Both the position numbers and the translations under genes were made by a program. Shown piece after piece: positions 36,585 through 46,255 of a DNA stretch of 64,000 nt. Location: the NCBI GenBank assembly GCA_944332315.1, contig CALVJT010000021.1:8896-72895 (forward strand), in the 5' to 3' direction. Position 1 is the stretch's first letter. Each line of letters starts with the position of its first letter. The notes beneath the pieces were generated by a model. It was not told the origin of the DNA. It ran no database searches and saw only the letters and a program-made list of their open reading frames with translations. This DNA comes from an uncultured Clostridia bacterium. GTDB taxonomy: Bacteria > Bacillota > Clostridia > Christensenellales > UBA1242.

Positions 36585-36916
36585 TGGCAAATAGAATTGA
36601 AAAATTAGAAGAAGAATTTTTGAAGGCTTTATCATCGATTTTTAGAGATGAATTAAAAGATCCGAGAATTGATGGTATGATAACTATTAGTGAGGTTAAA
36701 ATAACTAAAGATTTATCTCACTGTAACATTTACATTAGTATTTTTAATTCAAATGATAAAAAAGAATGTTTCAAAACGATAAATGAATGTTCTGGATTTA
36801 TTAGAAAGAAAATTGCGGAGATGGTAGATATAAGAGTTATGCCAGAGTTGCACTTTCATTTAGATGAAACATTAGACTATGTAGATAAAATCAATGCTTT
36901 ACTTAAAAAAATATAA
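36584..36916 (+). CDS. rbfA: ribosome-binding factor A
   Basis: 110 aa. RIEKLEEEFLKALSSIFRDELKDPRI... is typical of RbfA. The start overlaps the infB stop. Confidence 0.9.
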   Translation: MANRIEKLEEEFLKALSSIFRDELKDPRIDGMITISEVKITKDLSHCNIYISIFNSNDKKECFKTINECSGFIRKKIAEMVDIRVMPELHFHLDETLDYVDKINALLKKI

Positions 36917-36920
36917 ATAA

Positions 36921-36947
36921 AAGGCTTATTACTATTAAGCCTTTTTT
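36921..36947 (+). terminator. hairpin terminator after rbfA
   Basis: Stem AAGGCTTA / TAAGCCTT, loop TTACTAT, T-run TTTTTT. Confidence 0.7.
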
Positions 36948-36959
36948 GAAAGGAATAAA

Positions 36960-37919
36960 ATGTTGAATGATAATTACTCGGTTATAACACAAAATATATC
37001 TAGTGCTAAAAATATTGCCATATTTACTCATATTTTACCTGATGGAGATGCAATTGGCTCATCCTGTGCGCTTGCGTGTTTATTGCAAAATATGGGCAAA
37101 AATGCTAAAGTTTATTTGCAATCTCCAATACCTGATGAATACAAATATTTCTTTATTGATGATATTGTAGCTTATGAAGTTCCTAAAAATTTAGATTTAG
37201 TAATTATAACAGATTGCGCCGATGTAGATAGGCTAGGCAATTTTTCAAGATTTGTTAAAAATGCTGAAAAGAGCATAGCCATAGACCATCATAAAACATT
37301 TGTACCTTTTGCTAAACATAATTTTGTGTCGGAAACAAGTTCTAGCGCAAGTGAATTTTTATGTGACATATTTAATAATCAGAGTTTAAGTCTAGATAAA
37401 CGCATAGCAGAGTTTTTGTATCTTGGCATTTTGCGAGATACAGGTGGGTTTATGCACGATTGCACATCATCACATACCTTAAGGGTTGTAGCAGATTTGC
37501 TTGATTACAATATTGATGCAGAAAATATTAATAGGCATTTTATGATGCGTACCACATATAAAACTACAATGTTATTAAAAGTTGTTTTGAATAATTTAAG
37601 CTTTTATAATTTTGGTAAAATTGCAATATCAAATATTTCTAAAGCAGAATTAGATAGTTATAATGCTTTAGTGGAGGATACGGGTGGCATAATAGGGCAT
37701 ATTTTATCTATTGATACGGTCGAAATTGCTGTCTTGATTACAGAAGCTTCGCCTAATGTACACAAAGTGAGTATTAGGAGTAAATACAATTTGGATGCTA
37801 GTGATGTTGCTAAAGATTTTGGTGGCGGTGGGCATAAAAAAGCTTCAGGGTGTCAAATGTATGGACAAATTCAAAAAATAACGAATGCATTAGTTAAAGC
37901 AATACAAAGAAGGCAATAA
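36960..37919 (+). CDS. nrnA: DHH/DHHA1 phosphoesterase (NrnA-like oligoribonuclease / pAp phosphatase)
   Basis: DGDAIGS, AIDHHKT (DHH motif) and GGGGHKKASG (DHHA1 GGGH motif). Located between rbfA and truB. Confidence 0.75.
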   Translation: MLNDNYSVITQNISSAKNIAIFTHILPDGDAIGSSCALACLLQNMGKNAKVYLQSPIPDEYKYFFIDDIVAYEVPKNLDLVIITDCADVDRLGNFSRFVKNAEKSIAIDHHKTFVPFAKHNFVSETSSSASEFLCDIFNNQSLSLDKRIAEFLYLGILRDTGGFMHDCTSSHTLRVVADLLDYNIDAENINRHFMMRTTYKTTMLLKVVLNNLSFYNFGKIAISNISKAELDSYNALVEDTGGIIGHILSIDTVEIAVLITEASPNVHKVSIRSKYNLDASDVAKDFGGGGHKKASGCQMYGQIQKITNALVKAIQRRQ

Positions 37920-37921
37920 AG

Positions 37922-38770
37922 ATGAATGGAATAGTAAATTTATATAAGCCATCAAATATGTCAAGTAATACTGCTTGTAGAAAGGTAGGTAAAATATTAG
38001 GCGAAAAAAAGGTCGGTCATCTAGGAACATTAGACCCTTTAGCTGAGGGCGTTTTGCCGGTTACATTGGGTAAATGCACAAAACTATTTGACTATTACTT
38101 GCAAAAAGATAAAGCGTACATTGCCGATTTTACTTTTGGTGAGGAAACTGACACGCTAGATGCGGAAGGGGAAATAATTGATAAATGCAATTTGATTCCA
38201 AAAGCTGATGAAATAGAAAATGTATTGCCATATTTTATTGGAGAGCAAGAGCAAGTACCACCAAGATATTCGGCTAAAAAATTGGGGGGAGTAAGAGCTT
38301 ACGATTTGGCAAGAAACAACAAAGATTTTGAACTGAAGCCAAAGTTAATCCACATTTACAATTTAAAATTATTAAAACAGATAAACAATACAACGTTTAG
38401 ATTTTTAATTGAGTGCTCATCCGGCACATACATTAGAAGCATTGCTAGAGATTTGGCATACAAGGTAAATTCTTTGGCTTATATGAGCTACTTACAGCGT
38501 ACAAAATGTGGGGATTTTTGTATCGAAAATTCTGTAAATTTTAATAATATCACCGAAAACTCAGTTATAACTATAGATGAACTTTTTAGAAATATTGACA
38601 AAATCGAGATTCTATTGCAAGATGAATATAAATTATTTTTGAACAGCAGTAGAGTTAGGGTTATGGATGATACAAAAGCGGGGAATGCTGTACTCACATA
38701 TAAAGATAAAATAATTTCGTTTGGCATACTAGATAATGGGTATTTTATAAGTAAAATACGCTTTATATAG
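37922..38770 (+). CDS. truB: tRNA pseudouridine(55) synthase TruB
   Basis: GIVNLYKPSNMSSN...KVGHLGTLDPLAEGVLPV (catalytic Asp motif). Confidence 0.9.
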   Translation: MNGIVNLYKPSNMSSNTACRKVGKILGEKKVGHLGTLDPLAEGVLPVTLGKCTKLFDYYLQKDKAYIADFTFGEETDTLDAEGEIIDKCNLIPKADEIENVLPYFIGEQEQVPPRYSAKKLGGVRAYDLARNNKDFELKPKLIHIYNLKLLKQINNTTFRFLIECSSGTYIRSIARDLAYKVNSLAYMSYLQRTKCGDFCIENSVNFNNITENSVITIDELFRNIDKIEILLQDEYKLFLNSSRVRVMDDTKAGNAVLTYKDKIISFGILDNGYFISKIRFI

Positions 38771-38785
38771 TATTTTAGGTGTAAA

Positions 38786-39649
38786 ATGATTAAATTTGGA
38801 CCATCTGGTAATGATGAAAAATTTTATGAACAAGGGCATAAAAGCAGTAAGGAAGTTTTTGAATGGCTCAAGGGTATGGGATTAGATTTATATGAATATT
38901 CTTTTGGGCGTGGAATACTGCTAAAGGATGAAACTGCGGTGGAATTTTCGAAACTTGCTAAAATTAATGGTATTGAAATAAGTGTTCACGCTCCTTATTT
39001 TATTAATTTAGCTAATCCTGACCAAAATCAAATAACAAAATCATATGATTACATAACTGATTCTATTAAAAAATTATTGTTGATGAATGGAAAAATGTGT
39101 GTGGTACATTTAGGTAGTTGTATGAAAATGGATAGGGGCGAGGCACTAAAAAATATCAAATACAATTTAGAAAAATATATGGATATTTTTGATGAATATT
39201 TTTCAAAACACAATATATTTTTTTGCCCAGAAACTATGGGAAAATTTCAACAGATTGGTACCTACAAAGAAATAGTAGATCTATGCGTTCTGCATAAGTC
39301 GCTAATTCCTACTTTTGATTTTGGACATATTAATTGCATATTGCAAGGTAAGTTAAATAAGGAGGAATACAAAAGAATAATTGATTATTTGTTTGATAAT
39401 CTTGGAGAATTTAAGGCAAAAAAACTGCATATTCACTTTAGTAAAATAGCTTTTTCCGAAAAAGGAGAGGTTAAGCATTTAACACTAGATGATGCAATGT
39501 ATGGGCCTGAATTTGAACCGCTAGCACAGTTACTTATTGATTACAAAATGGATGAAGTTACCATTATTAGTGAATCTAAAAATGTAATGGCACAGGATGC
39601 TCTTAAACTTAAAAACATTTATTCTAACATACTCAATAAAAACAAATAG
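38786..39649 (+). CDS. TIM-barrel protein of the xylose-isomerase-like / endonuclease IV-like superfamily
   Basis: MIKFGPSG...ISVHAPYFINLANPD...VVHLGS...FDFGHINC pattern resembles AP-endonuclease-2 family metal-ligand blocks. Confidence 0.5.
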   Translation: MIKFGPSGNDEKFYEQGHKSSKEVFEWLKGMGLDLYEYSFGRGILLKDETAVEFSKLAKINGIEISVHAPYFINLANPDQNQITKSYDYITDSIKKLLLMNGKMCVVHLGSCMKMDRGEALKNIKYNLEKYMDIFDEYFSKHNIFFCPETMGKFQQIGTYKEIVDLCVLHKSLIPTFDFGHINCILQGKLNKEEYKRIIDYLFDNLGEFKAKKLHIHFSKIAFSEKGEVKHLTLDDAMYGPEFEPLAQLLIDYKMDEVTIISESKNVMAQDALKLKNIYSNILNKNK

Positions 39650-39701
39650 CACCTTATATTAATCGTTATATTACTATTAATGTGAGTATTTCACTAATCA
39701 T

Positions 39702-39729
39702 AAGCAACCTTTTTGGGTTGCTTTTTTGT
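39702..39729 (+). terminator. rho-independent terminator
   Basis: Stem AAGCAACC / GGTTGCTT, loop TTTTTG, then TTTTTGTT. Confidence 0.75.
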
Positions 39730-39797
39730 TGCCTTCAAAAGAAAATTGTGCAGGCGTAATTTTATAAAAGTTATCTATGTTTTAGTAAAATCTTTTA

Positions 39798-39826
39798 TCA
39801 TAACTTATAGGCTTGTCTAATATAAT
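39798..39826 (+). promoter_or_regulatory. candidate mother-cell (sigma-E-like) promoter of the spoIIIA operon
   Basis: TCATAAC, 14 nt, AATATAAT. This is the same arrangement as upstream of spoIVA. It overlaps the upstream TTG/ATG candidates, which favours ATG 39846 as the start. Confidence 0.4.
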
Positions 39827-39845
39827 GATTAAAAAGGGGCTTTTT

Positions 39846-40751
39846 ATGTTAGATGGATATTTACCTAGTCAAATTATTAATGCATTAAAGCATTTAAGTA
39901 TTAATAAATTAAATGAAATTAGGTTAAGGGTTGGAAATCCTGTTGTCATAGACTATGGTGGACTGTACTATTTATCTAGTGTAGGTATTACAGATGTTAT
40001 TGGAAAATCTATAATTTGTACAAAAGATATGATTGAATATACTGTGGCACAGGCATGCGAAAACTCTATTTATGCTTATAATGATGATATAAAACAAGGC
40101 TATTTAACAATTCCTGGAGGGGCGAGAATTGGCCTTGCAGGCACTTGTGTTAGAGAAGGACCGACTATCAAAACCATTAAAAACATATCCTCATTGAACA
40201 TAAGAATTCCACACGAAGTTAAAAATTGTAGCCTAAAGATATTAGAGTTTGTTACGGAGCCATCTATCCACAACACTTTAATACTTTCGCCTCCTGGGGC
40301 AGGTAAAACTACTTTGTTGAGAGATTTGGCTTTTCAAATTTCGCAAAGGTATTTGCAAAATATTCTTATTATAGATGAAAGGAATGAAATAGCTAATACG
40401 ATTAATGGCATCCCCCAATACAAACTTGGAATTTTTTGCGATGTTATGACTAACTGTACAAAAAAATTTGGCTTAGAAAATGGTATTAGGAGTATGCGTC
40501 CAGATGTTGTAATGACAGATGAGATTGCAAATGCAAGTGATGTACAAGCTATACACTATGCACTAGGTTGTGGTGTGAAGGCTATTGCTACAACCCATTG
40601 CGATAGTTTGATTGCTTTAAAAGATAAAAAAGATTTTGAACAACTTATAGAAAAGAAAACTTTTGAAAGATACATATTGCTATCTACAAAAAATGGCGCT
40701 GGTACTATTGAAGGAGTTTTTGACAAAAATTTTAAGTGTCTATGTATGTAA
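39846..40751 (+). CDS. spoIIIAA: stage III sporulation protein AA (ATPase)
   Basis: LNEIRLRVGNPVVI, Walker A at LSPPGAGKTTLLRDLA, IDERNEI. It is the first gene of a spoIIIA-type cluster. Confidence 0.85.
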   Translation: MLDGYLPSQIINALKHLSINKLNEIRLRVGNPVVIDYGGLYYLSSVGITDVIGKSIICTKDMIEYTVAQACENSIYAYNDDIKQGYLTIPGGARIGLAGTCVREGPTIKTIKNISSLNIRIPHEVKNCSLKILEFVTEPSIHNTLILSPPGAGKTTLLRDLAFQISQRYLQNILIIDERNEIANTINGIPQYKLGIFCDVMTNCTKKFGLENGIRSMRPDVVMTDEIANASDVQAIHYALGCGVKAIATTHCDSLIALKDKKDFEQLIEKKTFERYILLSTKNGAGTIEGVFDKNFKCLCM

Positions 40752-41222
40752 ATGATTACAATATTAATTGCATTGTTGGTTGTGGGGTGTTCCTCATATC
40801 TAGGTTGGGGCATAGGAAATTACTACAAAAAGCGCGTTAAATTTTTTAGGGATGTAAAAGATATGTTGAATTATTTGATAAACAACATAAATTTTTACAA
40901 AGATAGCGTCAATTACAATTTAGAAAAATTTATTAATCAATATAAGCCTAACACTACATTAATTGAAATAGTAAATGATTATAAAGATAAAAAAATTAAA
41001 AGTTATGCTTTGTTAAAAAATGATGAATTTCATTTAGTGAACAACATTTTTGAACATTTAGGAAAAAGTGATAGCGAAAATCAAATAATGGGCCTAAAAA
41101 ACTTTTCTTTTCAAGTTGATGAATTAATAAATAAATGCGATGAAGATTATAACAAAATAGGAAAAATTTCCAATAAATTAGGCACTTTATTAGGCATCAC
41201 TTTAGCAGTATTTTTTATATGA
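40752..41222 (+). CDS. spoIIIAB: stage III sporulation protein AB
   Basis: 156 aa with an N-terminal TM helix. Called from size and its position between AA and AC. Start ATG abuts the AA stop codon (TAA then ATG). Confidence 0.65.
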   Translation: MITILIALLVVGCSSYLGWGIGNYYKKRVKFFRDVKDMLNYLINNINFYKDSVNYNLEKFINQYKPNTTLIEIVNDYKDKKIKSYALLKNDEFHLVNNIFEHLGKSDSENQIMGLKNFSFQVDELINKCDEDYNKIGKISNKLGTLLGITLAVFFI

Positions 41223-41229
41223 GGTATTT

Positions 41230-41424
41230 ATGGGAATAGAAATAATTTTTAAGATAGCAGCTATTGGAATTTTAACTGCTATAGTAAATCAGGTTTTGAA
41301 ATATGCTGGTAAAGATGAAATTGCAACACTTGCTACTTTAGCCGGAGTTATTATAGTTTTGTTAATGTTAATAAATATGATTGGGGAACTATTTGAAAGT
41401 GTAAAAGTTTTGTTTCAGTTGTAG
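41230..41424 (+). CDS. spoIIIAC: stage III sporulation protein AC
   Basis: 64 aa with two TM helices. IFKIAAIGILTAIVNQVLKYAGKDEIATLATLAGVIIVLLML matches the conserved AC pattern. Confidence 0.8.
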   Translation: MGIEIIFKIAAIGILTAIVNQVLKYAGKDEIATLATLAGVIIVLLMLINMIGELFESVKVLFQL

Positions 41425-41430
41425 GCGAAT

Positions 41431-41814
41431 ATGGAAATATTAAAAATTATTGCTATAGGAATTATAACCACAATTGCAGTGCTTATAGTAAAGCAAACTA
41501 AACCTGAAATAGCTGTTCTTTTAGGACTTGCTGGCTCTATTTTAATTTTTTTTGAACTAGTAGATATGCTAAACAATGTTTTTGTAGTTTTTAATAATAT
41601 TGTAGAACAAACAGGTGTATCTAACGAACTATTTGGAATTTTATTAAAAATTATAGGAGTAGGGTATTTGACGGAATTTAGTGCAAGCCTTTGTGCAGAT
41701 AGTGGCAATTCGTCTATAGCAGATAAAATAATGTTGGGTGGAAAGGTAGTTATACTTGTTTTAGCTTTGCCTATTTTTACATCTATTTTGAACATAATAT
41801 TAGGTTTATTATGA
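41431..41814 (+). CDS. spoIIIAD: stage III sporulation protein AD
   Basis: 127 aa. KIIGVGYLTEFSASLCADSGNSSIADKIMLGGKVVILVLALPI matches the conserved AD pattern. Confidence 0.8.
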   Translation: MEILKIIAIGIITTIAVLIVKQTKPEIAVLLGLAGSILIFFELVDMLNNVFVVFNNIVEQTGVSNELFGILLKIIGVGYLTEFSASLCADSGNSSIADKIMLGGKVVILVLALPIFTSILNIILGLL

Positions 41815-43064
41815 AAAATAATGTTTATCAAAAAAAACTTTATAAACGCAAGTACCAAATAAATAAAAAAGATGTTGTTATTTGTCTACTAGCTTTAATA
41901 ATTTTAGTTTTATCTAATTTTATGTTAGCTACTACATTAAGCACCGATACATCTACCGATCTAAATGAAATAGAACAAGAGCTAACTGAAACTGTAGATG
42001 AACAATTAAGTGGAATAGACTTAAGCGAATTTCAAAATTTATTAGAAGGTTTAAGTGAGCAAGAAATATCATTATTTGGCGCATCAAGTTTTTATGATAA
42101 AGTATCACAACTTCTGACAAGCGATTTATCAACTGACCAATCACTATTTTCACAATTATTAGCGATTTTATTGGATGAGTTATTAAATTTTATCCCTTTA
42201 TTGGCCACCATTTGTGCAATAGCAATTCTTTCGAGTTTTATTTCTAATTTAAGAGTAAAATCCAATGACCATTCCATAGCGGATATTGTACATTTTGTAT
42301 GCTTTGGTGTTATTATTGTAATAATTTCGGGTGCTGTGCTATCATTAGTGGGGATGACTAGAAACTTACTATCATCAATTCAAGCGCAAATGCAAATAAT
42401 ATTTCCTATTTTATTAACGCTTTTAACAAGTTTAGGGGGCATAGTTTCTGTAAGTGTTTTTCAGCCGATGGTAGCAGTGCTAATATCGGGAGTTATGCAG
42501 ATATTTAATTATGTAGTTTTTCCTCTATTTATATGTGCATTTATATTTACTGTAGTGGGGAATTTGAGCAATAGTATAAAATTAGATAAATTTATTTCTT
42601 TTTTCAAAAGCGCATTCAAGTGGGTTACTGGTTCAGTAATGACGCTATTTTTTACTTTCATTACAATACAAGGCATTACTGCAGGAAGTTTTGATGGTAT
42701 TTCGGTGCAAACAGCAAAATATGCTATAAAAAGTTATGTGCCTATAGTTGGGGGATATTTATCAGATGGATTCAATTTGATAATGTCAAGTTCAATTTTA
42801 ATAAAAAATGCCCTTGGTGTAGCTGGGTTATTGTTACTTTTTGCAACTATTGTTGTTCCAGTAATTAAAATTGTAATATTTAGTTTAGGGTTAAAATTAA
42901 CTGCAGCTGTAATTGAACCACTTACCGATTCTAGGACAAGTAATTTTATTTTTACTATTTCTAAAAATATGGGTTTTTTAGTTGCAACAATTCTAAGCAT
43001 TGCATTTATGTATTTAATTTCAATTGGTTTGATTATTATATCCGGTAATGCTTTCTATACATAA
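41811..43064 (+). CDS. spoIIIAE: stage III sporulation protein AE
   Basis: 417 aa polytopic membrane protein with an N-terminal signal/anchor. Translationally coupled to AD, with the expected size and position. Confidence 0.75.
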   Translation: MKNNVYQKKLYKRKYQINKKDVVICLLALIILVLSNFMLATTLSTDTSTDLNEIEQELTETVDEQLSGIDLSEFQNLLEGLSEQEISLFGASSFYDKVSQLLTSDLSTDQSLFSQLLAILLDELLNFIPLLATICAIAILSSFISNLRVKSNDHSIADIVHFVCFGVIIVIISGAVLSLVGMTRNLLSSIQAQMQIIFPILLTLLTSLGGIVSVSVFQPMVAVLISGVMQIFNYVVFPLFICAFIFTVVGNLSNSIKLDKFISFFKSAFKWVTGSVMTLFFTFITIQGITAGSFDGISVQTAKYAIKSYVPIVGGYLSDGFNLIMSSSILIKNALGVAGLLLLFATIVVPVIKIVIFSLGLKLTAAVIEPLTDSRTSNFIFTISKNMGFLVATILSIAFMYLISIGLIIISGNAFYT

Positions 43065-43070
43065 TAAAAC

Positions 43071-43099
43071 TTGACATTATGTTTTGTATTAGTTATAAT
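43071..43099 (+). promoter_or_regulatory. perfect consensus sigma-A promoter for the GNAT gene
   Basis: TTGACA (43071-43076), 17-nt spacer, TATAAT (43094-43099). It starts 6 nt after the spoIIIAE stop. Confidence 0.65.
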
Positions 43100-43130
43100 A
43101 GATTATATTAAAAAAGGAAGGTTTGCTAGT

Positions 43131-43595
43131 TTGAATATTACTTATAGAGAATTGGATGAAAATGATTACGATACAATAAAAGATGTATTTGGGGATATTA
43201 TAAAAAAATATAACTTATCTTATTTTAGAGAAAAAAGTTTTACATATGGCGCTTTTGATGGTCAAAAATTAGTTGGAATAATTTCGGTTGTTGTTTTGCC
43301 ATTATTAAGCCCTTTAGTTGGGGAGGAGGCTTTTATAAACTATGTTGGTGTACTGAGTGCTTATCGAAGGCAAGGCATAGGTAGTCGCTTGATGGAGATG
43401 GCTGAGAAATGGACAAAGGAAAGAGAGCTTTTTCAGTTGCGTGGCTGGAGCAGTACCTATACTGTTGAAGCTATAATGATGGCAAACAAACTGAAATACG
43501 CTTTGGCACATTCTATAATCTACGATGTAGATGCTCCTTTGGATGATAAAGATAAGTTTATAATTGGATATAATTGGGTTAAAAGATTCGATTAA
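43131..43595 (+). CDS. GNAT-family N-acetyltransferase
   Basis: VLSAYRRQGIGSRLMEMAEKWTKE is an acetyl-CoA-binding motif A (Q/RxxGxG/A). The start was moved to TTG 43131 (SD GGAAGG), because the track start lies on the promoter -35. Confidence 0.75.
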   Translation: MNITYRELDENDYDTIKDVFGDIIKKYNLSYFREKSFTYGAFDGQKLVGIISVVVLPLLSPLVGEEAFINYVGVLSAYRRQGIGSRLMEMAEKWTKERELFQLRGWSSTYTVEAIMMANKLKYALAHSIIYDVDAPLDDKDKFIIGYNWVKRFD

Positions 43596-43932
43596 GCCCC
43601 ACACATTTTTTAATATTATTTTTTGCTAATGTTTTGTAAATTAAAAAAGGGTCTTATGAGTGTTTTGATGTTTTGAATATATTATATGATTTGTAATAAA
43701 TTAATTCTTATCGACATTAATAATGATAGTATATCTTAAAAAACTAGCAATATTTTTTGCTTGTTTTTTATGTTTTAATTACGGGGGTAGGTTAGTTATT
43801 GATAGCGTTTATCAATAACTTATAATTAGTTTTAGATATATTTTGGTCTGTTTTAGTATACTCTTACCAAATGAAATTAGAGTTAGGGGAACTTAGCGTG
43901 TAAAGTATATAATTCTTTTAGCATATTTATTG

Positions 43933-44030
43933 GGTTCTTTATTAATTAGGGGTTTGTAGTTATAGGTTCAAATTTTTGCTAAACTCTTTTTGCTTAATAT
44001 TTAACTAACTCTATGAATATTATGATATTA
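43933..44030 (+). repeat. intergenic repeat family R1, copy 3
   Basis: GGTTCTTTATTAATTAGGGG...GGTTCAAATTTTTGCTAAACTCTTTTTGCTTAATATTTAACTAACTCTATGAATATTATGATATT. Confidence 0.75.
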
Positions 44031-44043
44031 TAATATTCAAAAC

Positions 44044-44070
44044 ATAAAAAAACACGGTTTTACCGTGTTT
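44044..44070 (-). terminator. terminator hairpin downstream of tRNA-Glu (usable in both directions)
   Basis: Stem AACACGGT / ACCGTGTT, loop TTT, flanked by an A-run on one side and a T-run on the other. Confidence 0.7.
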
Positions 44071-44074
44071 TTTT

Positions 44075-44150
44075 TGGTACTCCCAACGGGGGTCGAACCC
44101 GTGTTACCAGCGTGAGAGGCTAGCGTCCTAGGCCACTAGACGATGGGAGC
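44075..44150 (-). tRNA. tRNA-Glu (anticodon CUC)
   Basis: Reverse complement GCTCCCATCGTCTAGTGGCCTAGGACGCTAGCCTCTCACGCTGGTAACACGGGTTCGACCCCCGTTGGGAGTACCA. It has a Glu-type D-arm (TCGTCTAGTGGCCTAGGAC), anticodon loop CUCUCAC, a GGTTCGA T-loop, and an encoded CCA. Confidence 0.88.
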
Positions 44151-44174
44151 ATATTGTACAAAAGTACAATTTTA

Positions 44175-44426
44175 TTATTCAAAACCTTTTGGTGGCAGGC
44201 AAAATAGTACAATACCAACTACGAATATAATAAGAGCTATTATTCGAATTGTTGTAACCATTCTGTTGTTTGTTTCTACATTATCAGATTTTTTTATGAC
44301 CATAGTCAATCTTTTGGCTAAAATATACAATGCAATACCTATAACAATTAGCACCATTGCAACTATATGGTACCAAGTTGAAATCCATTCGCCAAATGTA
44401 ACTCCTAAAATTAATGAATTAATCAT
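44175..44426 (-). CDS. small membrane protein (two TM helices), function unknown
   Basis: SD GAGGT lies 6 nt upstream of the minus-strand ATG. The hydrophobic-charged-hydrophobic layout is plausible. Preferred over the overlapping plus-strand ORF 44143-44442, which has no SD. Confidence 0.55.
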   Translation of the reverse strand: MINSLILGVTFGEWISTWYHIVAMVLIVIGIALYILAKRLTMVIKKSDNVETNNRMVTTIRIIALIIFVVGIVLFCLPPKGFE

Positions 44427-44517
44427 AACCTTACCTCGTTAGTATTATATCATAAGCTTATATAATTGTCAATAATTTTAGAAAATTTTAATGGAACTTA
44501 TTAAATTATTTTATATG

Positions 44518-45108
44518 TTATTTATTTATTGTTTTGCTATCATCTTTTTCGGGCTCAGAGCTATTATTGACTTCAACATTGTTATTTTTTCGGTTTAATT
44601 TTTTGGTAAAAAATAAATAGACATAATCAAAACCAGCAATAATTGCAATTATGATACCCGCATAAATTATATAGACATTAGCATTGCCAATCCATTCAGT
44701 AAAAAAGCTAAGCACAATTCCTACAGATATAACAAATGTTCCAGTTTTGCCTATCCAGTTACTAGGTATGGTTATACTTTTTTTATATAAACAAATACCA
44801 CTTATAATCATAGCTAAGTCGCATACAATCATTATAACAACCACCCATATTGGCAAATTTATAAATATAAGAGAAATTAAAGCAGAGGCTTTCATTAGTT
44901 TATCGGCAAAAGGATCTAAAACTTTACCTAAATCTGTTATTGTATTATAGTGCCTTGCAATGTATCCATCCAGTAGATCTGTTAAAGATGCAAGAATAAA
45001 AATTCCTAATGCCACGTATTGATTTATCAAAAAGAACGAAATCAAATAGATTGGAACCATGAGTAGTCTAATAAAACTTAATATATTTGGTACATATTTT
45101 ATGTTCAT
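44518..45108 (-). CDS. pgsA: CDP-diacylglycerol-glycerol-3-phosphate 3-phosphatidyltransferase
   Basis: CDP-alcohol phosphatidyltransferase motif DLLDGYIARHYNTITDLGKVLDPFADKL. SD AGGTGA. Confidence 0.85.
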   Translation of the reverse strand: MNIKYVPNILSFIRLLMVPIYLISFFLINQYVALGIFILASLTDLLDGYIARHYNTITDLGKVLDPFADKLMKASALISLIFINLPIWVVVIMIVCDLAMIISGICLYKKSITIPSNWIGKTGTFVISVGIVLSFFTEWIGNANVYIIYAGIIIAIIAGFDYVYLFFTKKLNRKNNNVEVNNSSEPEKDDSKTINK

Positions 45109-45265
45109 ATTTCACCTATGATATTATAACATAAAAATATTTCTATTACAATTATTTTGCACATATAGTAAATTTTTGTCGAAAAATCAAAAAGAACATC
45201 TAATGTTTTTATAGAATATAATGGAATGTATAATCTTGCTTTTATACAATAAATAGGGAGGAAAT

Positions 45266-46255
45266 ATGAAAATAACAAATGTACTTATTGCTATAGCATT
45301 GGGTGTAGTTATTGCATTTAGCGGTTGTGGCGGTTCAAGCAACACAATAAAATTAAATGAGGTTACTCATAGCATTTTTTATGCACCACTCTATATTGCA
45401 ATAAACAATGGATACTTTGAGGATGAGGATATTGAGATAGAATTGATTAATGGTGGTGGTTCGGATAAATCTATGACAGCTCTTATTTCGGGGCAAGCAC
45501 AAGTTGCTTTACTTGGTCCTGAAACAGCAGTTTATGTAGCAGCTCAAGGGTCTACTGACCAACCAATCATTTTTGGTCAGCTCACTAAGAGAGATGGTAC
45601 TTTATTAATTGGCAGAGAAGCTGAACCTAATTTTGATTGGGCAGATTTAGCTGGCAAGGAAATTTTGGGCGGTAGACGCGGTGGAATGCCTGCAATGACA
45701 CTAGAATATGTCTTGAAGCAAAATGGAGTAGGTGATACTGCAAGAATTAATTTAGATGTTGCATTTGATTTGATGGTCAGCGCATTTGAAAATGGTACAG
45801 CAGATTATTGTACTATGTTTGAACCAACTGCTAGTGATTATGTAGCTGCAGGAAAAGGGTACGTTGTAGCATCTATTGGCCAAGAAAGTGGGGAAGTTCC
45901 ATACACTGCTTTTATGGCCACACCTTCGTGGTTAAATGATAATCCAGATAAGGCTGAAGGCTTTTTGACTGCGTTTATGAGAGGTTATGAGTATTTAATG
46001 ACTGCAGAAATAAATGATGTTGTTGATTCTTTGATGCCTTCGTTTACAGGCAGTACTCGAACATCTATACAAAGTGCTGTAGAAAGCTATAAATCTATTG
46101 ATGCGTGGGTTGATAATCCTGCCATGAAAGAAAGTGCTTACAACAACTTATTAGATATAATAAGCAGTGCTGGCGAATTGACAGAAAGAGTACCATTTAG
46201 CACTGTAGTAGATAATAATATTGCAAATAAAGTAGCGCAAAAATTTGTAGCGTAA
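45266..46255 (+). CDS. ABC-transporter substrate-binding lipoprotein, NMT1/THI5-like (NitT/TauT family)
   Basis: Signal peptide with lipobox (IAFSGCGG). HSIFYAPLYIAINNGYFEDEDIEIELINGGGSDK is typical of NMT1-like SBPs. No permease or ATPase gene is adjacent. Confidence 0.75.
   Translation: MKITNVLIAIALGVVIAFSGCGGSSNTIKLNEVTHSIFYAPLYIAINNGYFEDEDIEIELINGGGSDKSMTALISGQAQVALLGPETAVYVAAQGSTDQPIIFGQLTKRDGTLLIGREAEPNFDWADLAGKEILGGRRGGMPAMTLEYVLKQNGVGDTARINLDVAFDLMVSAFENGTADYCTMFEPTASDYVAAGKGYVVASIGQESGEVPYTAFMATPSWLNDNPDKAEGFLTAFMRGYEYLMTAEINDVVDSLMPSFTGSTRTSIQSAVESYKSIDAWVDNPAMKESAYNNLLDIISSAGELTERVPFSTVVDNNIANKVAQKFVA

Noticed and set aside
44143-44442. Plus-strand 99-aa ORF overlapping the minus-strand 83-aa ORF.
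   Set aside because: The minus-strand ORF has a GAGGT SD and a clean two-TM topology, and it is co-oriented with pgsA and tRNA-Glu. The plus-strand ORF starts inside the tRNA gene and has no SD.
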